A stretch of DNA of 32,000 bases, taken from NCBI RefSeq assembly GCF_000018465.1, contig NC_010085.1:450001-482000 (forward strand). The letters are read 5' to 3'. The notes beneath the pieces were generated by a model. It was not told the DNA's origin and searched no databases. It saw only the letters and a program-made list of their open reading frames with translations. Shown here piece after piece: positions 24,751 through 32,000 of this stretch. The first letter of the stretch is position 1, and the number at the start of each line of letters is the position of its first letter. Made by a program: the position numbers and the translations under genes. Source of the stretch: Nitrosopumilus maritimus SCM1. Lineage in GTDB: Archaea; Thermoproteota; Nitrososphaeria; Nitrososphaerales; Nitrosopumilaceae.

Positions 24751-25464
24751 ATGATGTTGGATCCGCTGGTACGTTTCAAAGACGCGCATTCTAAAGGAAT
24801 AATCCCTGATAATGTGTATGACCTTACAATCAAACGTTTTCCAATTACTGTTGAAGGAATTAATAGAATTGAAAAAGCATCGGGAATACGTTATCCTGTT
24901 GCATATGTAGAACCATCTCTTGTGATATCTGCCCCTAACCCTAATTCTTATGAATATGGAATTCTATTTGCAAGAACCATCCCTGTGGTATTTGAAGAAA
25001 AATTTCAGGTTGTAATTCAAATTTCTGCCCCTTTGGTTGCATATGGTCTCAAAGGCACCATACATGCAATTTTAGCACATGAATTTTTACATTTTCTAGA
25101 ACTGATACGAAAAATCTCAAAGATGGAATTGCTTTCAGATGAAATATCTGGAAACTTGTTTGAAAATGTATACAGTGATGAAACTAGATTGTTTGAACCT
25201 AGAGTTGTTTTCAAAGATCGTACATTGTTAAATCATATAACAAAAAAATTCCCTGCGGGATTTCGTGACTATAAACTTGAAGATAAAGTGACAAAATTTT
25301 GGATTGACAAAAATCTTCCTAAAACAAATATCTCTTTAGATTCAAACACTGTAAAATTATCTGCAGATGCTCTTTCAAAAATTAAACTTGATCCTACATT
25401 TGTTTCTAAAATTGAACAACTAGAAGAAAAGAGTTCTAAGATTCGTAAAAAGAAATTGTATTAA
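24751..25464 (+). CDS. Hypothetical protein with an HExxH metallopeptidase-like motif
   Basis: TIHAILAHEFLHFLEL contains HEFLH. Lys-rich C-terminus. No family recognised. Confidence 0.5.
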   Translation: MMLDPLVRFKDAHSKGIIPDNVYDLTIKRFPITVEGINRIEKASGIRYPVAYVEPSLVISAPNPNSYEYGILFARTIPVVFEEKFQVVIQISAPLVAYGLKGTIHAILAHEFLHFLELIRKISKMELLSDEISGNLFENVYSDETRLFEPRVVFKDRTLLNHITKKFPAGFRDYKLEDKVTKFWIDKNLPKTNISLDSNTVKLSADALSKIKLDPTFVSKIEQLEEKSSKIRKKKLY

Positions 25465-25476
25465 TTTTAAAATATT

Positions 25477-25650
25477 TTATTGTTTGAATTCTGTTAAACC
25501 ACATTTGCCACATGTGTTTCTATCTTTATGTTCTGACATGTAGGTTCCTTTACCACATCTTGAACAAACTTTTTTAATTCTTGATACTTTGTCACCGTCT
25601 ACTTTGAAATATGCATAGACATTTGGACTAGAGCCTTTTTTGCCTGCCAT
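25477..25650 (-). CDS. rps27ae: Ribosomal protein S27ae (eS31)
   Basis: Below the ORF-track cutoff. My translation is MAGKKGSSPNVYAYFKVDGDKVSRIKKVCSRCGKGTYMSEHKDRNTCGKCGLTEFKQ* (C-X2-C...C-X2-C ribbon). Its start overlaps the S24e stop as TAATG. S24e-S27ae is a conserved archaeal gene pair. Confidence 0.85.
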   Translation of the reverse strand: MAGKKGSSPNVYAYFKVDGDKVSRIKKVCSRCGKGTYMSEHKDRNTCGKCGLTEFKQ

Positions 25651-26066
25651 TATTCAGATTTCTCCTCTTCTTTAGATTCTTCTGCAGGTGCCTCTACTGC
25701 TTTATCTTCAGCAGGGGCATCTTCAGATGCTGCTTCTTCAGCAGGAGCTTCTTGTGCTGCTGCTTCAGCTTCTGCAAGTTTTGCTTTTGATTTTTCTAAT
25801 CTTGAGAAAATTGTTGGGTTGACATGTTTTTTTGCCAATCCTTCATCTTCATAAACAAAGAAAGTTCCCGTAACAATTGGTTTTCCAACATGAGTTTGTA
25901 ATCTCATTGGAATTACCACTTTACCGTCAAGTTTGAATTCTTTAGTAATCATGTCTACTGCTTCAAGTTTTTTGAGTTTTCCTGCCAATCCTGCAAAATT
26001 ACATGTGAGCTCTCTTCTAGATAGGAAGGTGTTATCTACGTCTGTAACGGTCTCAATTATGGACAT
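25650..26066 (-). CDS. rps24e: Ribosomal protein S24e (eS24) with an acidic Ala/Glu/Pro-rich C-terminal extension
   Basis: MSIIETVTDVDNTFLSRRELTCNF...KPIVTGTFFVYEDEGLAKKHVNPTIFSRL is S24e-like. Start set to ATG 26066 because a TTTATAT box (26092-26098) lies about 25-32 nt upstream, and the listed ATG 26093 sits inside that box. Confidence 0.85.
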   Translation of the reverse strand: MSIIETVTDVDNTFLSRRELTCNFAGLAGKLKKLEAVDMITKEFKLDGKVVIPMRLQTHVGKPIVTGTFFVYEDEGLAKKHVNPTIFSRLEKSKAKLAEAEAAAQEAPAEEAASEDAPAEDKAVEAPAEESKEEEKSE

Positions 26067-26091
26067 GTATCCAAAATCCTTTAGATATTTC

Positions 26092-26098
26092 ATATAAA
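26092..26098 (-). promoter_or_regulatory. TATA-box-like element for the S24e-S27ae operon
   Basis: The minus strand reads GGTTTATATG, with 25 nt between the box and ATG 26066. Confidence 0.5.
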
Positions 26099-26149
26099 CC
26101 TTGATTGAAATAGATAAGAAATTTAAGAAAATCTTGGGTAATTCTTACT

Positions 26150-26710
26150 ATGGAACGATATATGCTTCATTTGAAAAACACTAGATATGGCCCAGAAAAT
26201 TCTCGTGAGGTTGTTTACAAGGCAAGAGATCTTGCATCTGACATGAACGCTTCCATTAGAGTTGCCCGAATTGCCAAAAAATTTGTTGAATTAGATGTTT
26301 CAGTTGAAAAAGACGATCTCGATAAATTAATTGAAAAATTATCTCCAATTGGACCTATTGATAACATTCGTCATGTCTTTGAAGAAGAAATTGATAAAGA
26401 GAAAGGGATTACCGATGGAATTTTCTATTTTAACAATGAAAGATTTTGGGAAAGCCATGAAGCATTTGAAGGTGTTTGGAAAAAATGCTTTGGACGAGAA
26501 AAAGAAGTTGTCCAAGGAATTATCTTAATGGCCGTTGCATTTGCACATGCTCAAAAAGATGAGCTTAGTATTGGAATTGGAATGCTTCGAAGAGTTTTAG
26601 AGAAATTAGGAACGTCTCCTTCTACTTATCATTCAATTGATGTGGATATGATTAGAACTAAAGCAATTGAAATGCAACAAGAAAATAAACTAACTACGTT
26701 TGAGATTTAA
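26150..26710 (+). CDS. DUF309-domain protein
   Basis: The C-terminal half, GIFYFNNERFWESHEAFEGVWKK....EKEVVQGIILMAVAFAHAQKDELSIGIGMLRRV, matches the DUF309 helical pattern (FN...FWEAHE..E..W.....QGLIQ.A). Confidence 0.6.
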   Translation: MERYMLHLKNTRYGPENSREVVYKARDLASDMNASIRVARIAKKFVELDVSVEKDDLDKLIEKLSPIGPIDNIRHVFEEEIDKEKGITDGIFYFNNERFWESHEAFEGVWKKCFGREKEVVQGIILMAVAFAHAQKDELSIGIGMLRRVLEKLGTSPSTYHSIDVDMIRTKAIEMQQENKLTTFEI

Positions 26711-27959
26711 TTAATTCTAGAGATTTTGTAACGACATCTGCCCCTTGAAGAAGACCAATACTTCCTTTCTTTGCTTGGGCTTCAGTCATTCTTGTTGTTC
26801 CGTCTTTTTTGATAAAATCTCCAGAAACAAGTACTGGAACTGGATCATCACTATGTCCTTTGTTGATACATGGAGTTGAATGGTCTGCAGAAATTACTAT
26901 TGCAACCTTGTTTGTATCTATATTCTCTACAAGTGTTTTGAAGAATCTTTGGTCAATCTCTTCTATGTTTTTCATCTTACCTATGGCATCGCCATCATGT
27001 CCAAATTCATCAGGGCCTTTAAGGTGAACATAGATTGAATTTTGTGTTTCCATTGCTTTTGCAGCAACCCTTGCTTTTTCTTCATAATCAGTCAGTCCTC
27101 CAGCTTCAAATGCTTTCATCTTTAGTACTTCTGAAATACCTAACTCTACTGGCATGTCTACAATGCATGAAAAATTCATACCATATTTTTCATTAATTGG
27201 AATCACATCTGGATACTTGTTTCCTGCATCTCTAAGTAAGATGCAACTAAGTTTCTTTTTTCCTTGCTCTTCACGTTTTTTATTGATTTGACTTTCTTTA
27301 CAAATACTGATTGCTTGATCTGAAAATTCATTTACAGTATTTGCAGTAGCTTTTGCATCCTCAACATCTTCTAACGGTAAACATTTCTCTATTTTCAAAA
27401 AGTCTCCAACAGCTTTTGCAACTCCCATGCCTCCAATGTTGCTGTATGCTGGGTCTGTGTTTGTAATTTTTGATGATAATTTTTCTGCACTGTTTCTGAT
27501 TCTAACTGTTACTCTGTGGCCTATTGTTGGTGATACGACAACAGATGTGTTTTGGTTTGAGAATTTTATCTTCTCCTCAATTTCTCTGGCTATTCCATCC
27601 GCATCTTCTTTTTCAATATGTCTCCCTGCTCTTCTATCTATGATGACTTCTTGATCATCTAATGTTGAATAATTTCCTCTTAGTGCAAGGTCTCCATCTT
27701 TAAAATCAATACCGATTCCTATTGCCTCAATAACTCCTCTACCTGCATAATCTTCATGCTTGAATTTGTATCCTAACATGTTGAAAACTGCAATATCTGA
27801 TTCAGGGGCAATTCCTTTTCCAACTGAAATTACTTCTCCTATTGCTCCATTACTGGCAATTTTGTCTAAAATTGGAGTATTTGCAGCCTCTAATGGTGTT
27901 TTTCCATCTAAATCTGGGTGTGGAAGGTCTCCTACACCATCTAATAGAACGTAAATCAT
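26694..27959 (-). CDS. apgM: Cofactor-independent phosphoglycerate mutase, archaeal type (ApgM)
   Basis: MIYVLLDGVGDLPHP..GKTPLEAANTPILDKIA..., ...HLKGPDEFGHDGD..., ...VISADHSTPC....HSDDPVP. ATG 27959 preferred. The listed TTG 27980 would add 7 aa and is not excluded. Confidence 0.85.
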   Translation of the reverse strand: MIYVLLDGVGDLPHPDLDGKTPLEAANTPILDKIASNGAIGEVISVGKGIAPESDIAVFNMLGYKFKHEDYAGRGVIEAIGIGIDFKDGDLALRGNYSTLDDQEVIIDRRAGRHIEKEDADGIAREIEEKIKFSNQNTSVVVSPTIGHRVTVRIRNSAEKLSSKITNTDPAYSNIGGMGVAKAVGDFLKIEKCLPLEDVEDAKATANTVNEFSDQAISICKESQINKKREEQGKKKLSCILLRDAGNKYPDVIPINEKYGMNFSCIVDMPVELGISEVLKMKAFEAGGLTDYEEKARVAAKAMETQNSIYVHLKGPDEFGHDGDAIGKMKNIEEIDQRFFKTLVENIDTNKVAIVISADHSTPCINKGHSDDPVPVLVSGDFIKKDGTTRMTEAQAKKGSIGLLQGADVVTKSLELIKSQT

Positions 27960-27972
27960 GTGAACATCTGAA

Positions 27973-28005
27973 TTATCCAAGATCTTCCCTGTTTATCCAA
28001 GATCT
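27973..28005. repeat. Two direct copies of a 13-nt element (minus strand AGATCTTGGATAA), period 20 bp, just upstream of apgM
   Basis: TTATCCAAGATCT at 27973-27985 and again at 27993-28005. Each copy contains the palindrome AGATCT. Confidence 0.9.
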
Positions 28006-28208
28006 GATGCTCTCCTTTAAAGCTTGCAACATATTTTGCGATCAAAATAACAATTAAGTTTCACTTTTTTCATTTCTGTTGAGAAATATTTTTTGATGAA
28101 ATTCGTATTTTATTATTTTTACAAAATCTTTACAAAAATATTTTTCAAATTGCGATATAGTTAGATCTTAGTAAACGTTTTAACAGACATTTACTGCAAA
28201 TTACAATT

Positions 28209-29225
28209 ATGGGAGATATGCGCAAAGACTATGTTTCTGAGCGTTTCATGATTGTCTCAAAAAAAGAAGACAAAGTAAAAGATCCAAAAAAATCTCCTTT
28301 TGCTCCTGGAAATGAATCTATGACAAATCCTTCTGTATTGTCTCTTGTTGCAAAAGATGGAATGCTACAAAGACTACAAGACAGTGATGATGAATTTGTT
28401 GAAGGATGGTCAATCAGAGTTTTTGAAAGTAAAAATCCAATCGTCTCAGTTGATACTGAAAACTCTTACAGTGATAGACCATTTTACAGCGAACCTGCAT
28501 ATGGATATCATTACGTTGTTGTTGCATCTCCAAATCCAAAGGATACTTTTGCAACCATTGACACTGAACAATGGTCAAACATCTTAGTAGTAGTTCAAGA
28601 TAGATTGAGATGGCTTTACACTCAAAAAGGTGTAACATATGTTTCAATTTACGCTGATCAAGGAGAACTTTCTGGCAGTGCAAATTCTCACCCTCATCTC
28701 AATATTCTTACCTTTTCAACAATCCCTCCTATTATTGAAGAAGAGGCAGAGGCATCTCACAAAATTCTAAATGAAAAGGGTGTATGCCCAATGTGTCAGA
28801 CTGTAAATGAGGAAATTGGTGGTCCTAGGCAAGTTCTTCAAACTGAAGGTTTTATTGCATTTTGCCCTTGGTCTCCATCCTATCCATATGAGTTTTGGAT
28901 TGCACCCAAGAAACACACTACTAGCTTCTCAAAGATTACTCAAAAAGAAATTAACGATTTGTCCTTGATACTTAGAGCTACTCTTGGTGGTTTGTCTCAA
29001 ACTATCAAAAATGTGTCCTACAATCTAGTATTCCACCTTTCTCCTGAGAAAAAGAATAGTAGACAAATTCATTGGCATATTGAAATTTACCCAATCACAA
29101 AATCTTGGTCTGGTTTGGAACGTGGTTATGGAATTTTCTTAAATGATATCTCTCCTGAAGAGGCTGCAGAAAAACTAGGTGCTGCTTGCAGAAAGGAACT
29201 GGCTAATCTAGTTGGAATTGTGTGA
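28209..29225 (+). CDS. GalT-family (HIT superfamily branch III) nucleotidyltransferase / nucleoside-diphosphate-sugar phosphorylase-like protein
   Basis: SANSHPHLNIL (HPH nucleophile motif), ...FIAFCPWSPSYPYEFWIAPKKH... and ...IHWHIEIYP... are colinear with galactose-1-phosphate uridylyltransferase as I recall the E. coli sequence. Confidence 0.72.
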   Translation: MGDMRKDYVSERFMIVSKKEDKVKDPKKSPFAPGNESMTNPSVLSLVAKDGMLQRLQDSDDEFVEGWSIRVFESKNPIVSVDTENSYSDRPFYSEPAYGYHYVVVASPNPKDTFATIDTEQWSNILVVVQDRLRWLYTQKGVTYVSIYADQGELSGSANSHPHLNILTFSTIPPIIEEEAEASHKILNEKGVCPMCQTVNEEIGGPRQVLQTEGFIAFCPWSPSYPYEFWIAPKKHTTSFSKITQKEINDLSLILRATLGGLSQTIKNVSYNLVFHLSPEKKNSRQIHWHIEIYPITKSWSGLERGYGIFLNDISPEEAAEKLGAACRKELANLVGIV

Positions 29226-29267
29226 TTTTTGAATAGTTTATTATTCAACTAACATCTTTGATAAATT

Positions 29268-29714
29268 ATGCAACTTGAGTATTGGTTAGGTCTTGGAAGT
29301 ATTGCATTTTTTGTATTATTTGTTCTTGTAGTAAGTTCACTTTACATTTTCATGTTTGATGATCCAAATACTTCTGATCTTCCAATAGATCCTGATAACT
29401 TTGCAAATCCAAAACTCCTCCAATTCATTTCAATTACTATTGCCCCTGGAGGAATTTTAGCTGCTGTTGCGTTCATATTGTCAAAGTATTATGGCTCCAA
29501 AAAAATTGGTGCGTTACTCATCATAGATGGACTTGTCTTACTTGGTGGAATGGCATTTTGTCAGACTCTGATTGATGATATTGCTGAACCATACATTACA
29601 GATACTGTCTTAATTTTACCGCCCTTGTTTATGGGATTGTCAATTCCTATATTCTTCTTTGGAATTCGTTTGATGAAAGTCAGAAAACCTCGTCCAAAAA
29701 AAGAATATTTCTAA
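29268..29714 (+). CDS. Hypothetical integral membrane protein (about 4 TM)
   Basis: Four hydrophobic segments and a basic C-terminus (KVRKPRPKKEYF). No family recognised. Confidence 0.5.
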   Translation: MQLEYWLGLGSIAFFVLFVLVVSSLYIFMFDDPNTSDLPIDPDNFANPKLLQFISITIAPGGILAAVAFILSKYYGSKKIGALLIIDGLVLLGGMAFCQTLIDDIAEPYITDTVLILPPLFMGLSIPIFFFGIRLMKVRKPRPKKEYF

Positions 29715-30148
29715 ATGTGATCAAACCTTAGTTCATTGGCCACTTGTTTGAATCCTAATTTCTCATAAAATGGCTTTACATCATCAGTACAATCTAAAAT
29801 TGTCTTGTAACAGCCTTGATTTTTGGCAATTTCCAGAAGATACTTCATAATTTTTTCACCAATTTTTTGCCCTTGAAAATTTTTATCCACCACTACATCT
29901 TCAATATGTCCTACTAGACCACCTTGATGAATGAATTTTTGTTCAATTAAAAGAGTAGTAGAACCTACTATCTTTCCCTCTATCTCTGCTACTGCTATGG
30001 TGTAGTCTGGGTTTGAATCAATTTTTTTGAAAATTTCTTTTGCTTTATTTTTATCAATATCACTTGCTTTTCTTAATGAATCAAGTGAAGTAAGAAAACC
30101 GTTATCCAAGTCTTCAATTCTTAATTTTCTTATGGTAGACTCGCTCAT
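29711..30148 (-). CDS. gna1: Glucosamine-6-phosphate N-acetyltransferase, eukaryotic GNA1 type (GNAT fold)
   Basis: LIEQKFIHQGGLVGHIEDVVVDKNFQGQKIGEKIMKYLLEIAKNQGCYKTILDCTDDVKPFYEKLGF is closely colinear with yeast GNA1 as I recall it (IIERKIIHELGLCGHIEDIAVNSKYQGQGLGKLLIDQL....GCYKIILDC.EKNVKFYEKCGF). Confidence 0.8.
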   Translation of the reverse strand: MSESTIRKLRIEDLDNGFLTSLDSLRKASDIDKNKAKEIFKKIDSNPDYTIAVAEIEGKIVGSTTLLIEQKFIHQGGLVGHIEDVVVDKNFQGQKIGEKIMKYLLEIAKNQGCYKTILDCTDDVKPFYEKLGFKQVANELRFDHI

Positions 30149-30861
30149 TTTTTCCTCTTTTTAGATTTTTTTGCAAATTCTTCATTTGCTTGCTTGTATG
30201 ATTCCTTGTTTCCAATATCCATGAATCCTTTTTTTGTAATAAAACCTGAAATCATTTTTTTATTTTTCATTGCTTTTTTGATTACATCATCCATTCCATA
30301 TGGTTTGTTTTTTGGAATGTATTTCAAAACATTTGGCTCCATAACATAACATCCCATATTGATATTTGCTTTAATCTCTGGTTTTTCTTCCCAATTAGTT
30401 ACTTTGCCTGTTTTTGTGGTATTAATAACCCCATATTGCAAATTTGTTTTGTATTCATACAAACTCATGGTTGTAAATGCTTTCTTTGATTTGTGTTGTT
30501 TTATCATGTTTTTGAGACTAAAATCAAAAATTGAATCCCCATACACACAAACAAAAGTATCGTTGATAAAATCTTCTGCAGTTTTGAGTTGACCTGCAGT
30601 AGCTAGTGGTTTTTTTGAAACTGCGTATTCTATATTCACCCCAAATTTTTTTCCATCTTTAAAATAATCTTGAATTTTTTCTTTACGATAACTTACACAC
30701 AAAACTATTGACTTTACACCATTTCTCTTATTCCAATCAATTAGATGTTCTAGAATTGGCTTTTTACCTAATGGCAGCATGGGTTTTGGAGTTTTTAGCG
30801 TTAACGGACGCAATCTTGTGCCTAAACCCCCTGCTAAAATTACTGCTTTCACAAGTATCAT
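30145..30861 (-). CDS. Sugar-1-phosphate nucleotidyltransferase (short form, no left-handed beta-helix acetyltransferase domain)
   Basis: KAVILAGGLGTRLRPLTLKTPKPMLPLGKKPILEHLI is the canonical NTP-transferase N-terminus. The 238-aa length leaves no room for a GlmU-like C-terminal domain. ATGA overlap with the downstream GNA1-like gene. Confidence 0.8.
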   Translation of the reverse strand: MILVKAVILAGGLGTRLRPLTLKTPKPMLPLGKKPILEHLIDWNKRNGVKSIVLCVSYRKEKIQDYFKDGKKFGVNIEYAVSKKPLATAGQLKTAEDFINDTFVCVYGDSIFDFSLKNMIKQHKSKKAFTTMSLYEYKTNLQYGVINTTKTGKVTNWEEKPEIKANINMGCYVMEPNVLKYIPKNKPYGMDDVIKKAMKNKKMISGFITKKGFMDIGNKESYKQANEEFAKKSKKRKK

Positions 30862-30907
30862 TTTGTATGTGAGTATTTATGTTCGAGGCTGATTTTATAT
30901 CAAAATC

Positions 30908-32000
30908 TTAACCTTTAATTTTTAATATTTTTTCTAAAACATTTTCTGGAGTTTTACCAAAAACAATAATCATTGGCTCTTTTCCAAAATCCCCTTTATG
31001 AAAAATCACATCCGGGATTTTTTTCGAATTTTTTATTGCAGAATTTATTCCCCATCTAATCGTAGAACCTTTAATTTTAACATGTTTTGGTTCTTTACTA
31101 CGATCATAACTGCTAACTTCTAACTTTGATTTTTTAATTTTTGATAATGTTGTACTTTGATATTTTAAATTAATTGCAGAACAAATTCCTGGATATTTTT
31201 TATTCATTGATAACAATGCAGTTGCCACATGTTTTGAACCTCCATACTTTAAATCCCCTGCAACAAGAACGTTTGTTCCAGCTTTTACAATTCTTCCTGA
31301 AATCCCCAAAACATCTTTTGTAGATTTTGGTCTTTGTTTTGAGAATACAAAATTTGTTTGGCACTCTGGAATATTTTTGTAAATTCCTTTTAATTTTATA
31401 AATTTGGTTATTGCTGATGATAATTCATCTTCAATCTTATTTTTACTTTGTATATCAGTAATGGCAATACCCTTTCCAATTTTTTTTGCATTTTTTATTG
31501 ACTTGTATGTGAATTTCTTTGCAAAATATAGTGATTCTTTGATACTTTTCTTTTTTGCAAGTGAATACACTACTGCAGCTGAGTGGATGCATCCACTGCC
31601 GTGATTAATTTTTGGGATTTTTTCACCTGAAATGATATATTTTGAATTTTTTTCTAGAACAAAATCTGACACTTTCTTTTTTTCTTCAATTCCTGTAATT
31701 GTGACATTTTTTGCTCCCATATTTTGAATCTCTTTTGCCACTTTTTCAGGCGTGTTTTTTGTTGAAATTTTCATTTTTGTAAGTAACTCTGCTTCTTTTT
31801 TGTTTGGTGTAATTATTGTTGCAAGTGGAACGATGTATTTTTGAAAATCTTTCCTTGCATTATTTTCTATTAAACTTCCTCCGGTGGTTGATCTTATTAC
31901 TGGATCAACTACAATTGGAATTTTTAATTTTTTTAATTGTTGGTGTATTATTTTGATAATTTTTGAATTGTATACCATTCCAATTTTAACTCCATTAATT
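30908..32000 (-). CDS. thiDN: Bifunctional ThiD/ThiN protein (hydroxymethylpyrimidine/phosphomethylpyrimidine kinase fused to ThiN-type thiamine-phosphate synthase); N-terminus beyond the right window edge
   Basis: The ThiD part (...VKIGMVYN..., IVVDPV..., TPN..EAELL, ...HGSGCIHSAAVV) is followed by a ThiN domain (...GISGRIVKAG......YGGSKHVATALL...DVIFHKGDFGKEPMIIVFG). The reading frame stays open upstream of the listed ATG to position 32000 (INGVKIGM). Confidence 0.8.
   Translation of the reverse strand, partial: INGVKIGMVYNSKIIKIIHQQLKKLKIPIVVDPVIRSTTGGSLIENNARKDFQKYIVPLATIITPNKKEAELLTKMKISTKNTPEKVAKEIQNMGAKNVTITGIEEKKKVSDFVLEKNSKYIISGEKIPKINHGSGCIHSAAVVYSLAKKKSIKESLYFAKKFTYKSIKNAKKIGKGIAITDIQSKNKIEDELSSAITKFIKLKGIYKNIPECQTNFVFSKQRPKSTKDVLGISGRIVKAGTNVLVAGDLKYGGSKHVATALLSMNKKYPGICSAINLKYQSTTLSKIKKSKLEVSSYDRSKEPKHVKIKGSTIRWGINSAIKNSKKIPDVIFHKGDFGKEPMIIVFGKTPENVLEKILKIKG

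Noticed and set aside
24559-24789. Listed 76-aa minus-strand ORF spanning the pus10 / HExxH intergenic region
   Set aside because: It gives a Ser/Leu/Phe/Cys-rich low-complexity translation that overlaps both flanking genes' ends. The + strand 32-aa basic ORF is a more plausible reading, though itself unproven.
1-32000. Search for mobile elements, integrases, CRISPR-Cas, restriction-modification, toxin-antitoxin or other defence or novel multi-gene systems
   Set aside because: No transposase, integrase or nuclease-helicase signatures were found. There are no inverted terminal repeats, no spacer-repeat arrays and no compositionally deviant island. The tRNA genes are not flanked by partial tRNA duplications. 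The window reads as conserved core chromosome.

Overview
Visibly AT-rich, densely packed archaeal chromosomal segment. The gene content suggests a marine ammonia-oxidising thaumarchaeon (Nitrosopumilus-like); that assignment is inferred from the genes, not from a database search. I can support about 47 coding regions, two intron-containing tRNAs (Leu-CAA, Tyr-GUA) and one candidate C/D box sRNA. Housekeeping genes dominate: glycolysis (pgk, apgM); a heme/siroheme cluster (sirC-hemA-hemB plus a fused AhbA/B-like gene); sufC; an information-processing block (S8e-SRP19-Gar1-TFB, ScpA/B); and a translation block (aIF1A, Csp, aIF5A, Dph6-like, SRP54, Pus10, S27ae, S24e). There are also ThiDN and a small sugar-nucleotide module. 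I see no transposases, integrases, CRISPR arrays, toxin-antitoxin pairs or recognisable defence genes, and no multi-gene island of unknowns that would justify claiming a new system. The items most worth a second look are: (1) an unannotated C/D box sRNA candidate directly after aIF5A; (2) a eukaryote-type GNA1 acetyltransferase translationally coupled to a short sugar nucleotidyltransferase; (3) a Cld/HemQ-like protein beside siroheme-route heme genes, plus an uncharacterised 103-aa ORF coupled to hemB; (4) a coiled-coil protein with a histone-H1-like Lys-rich tail encoded by near-perfect 60-bp tandem repeats; (5) small C2H2 and B-box-like zinc-finger proteins and a 32-aa highly basic ORF below the ORF-track cutoff. 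Many genes have a TATA-like box about 25-32 nt upstream of the start codon, which suggests leaderless mRNAs, and several use GTG/TTG starts. All functional calls rest on my own motif and family recognition of the translations. No searches were run.
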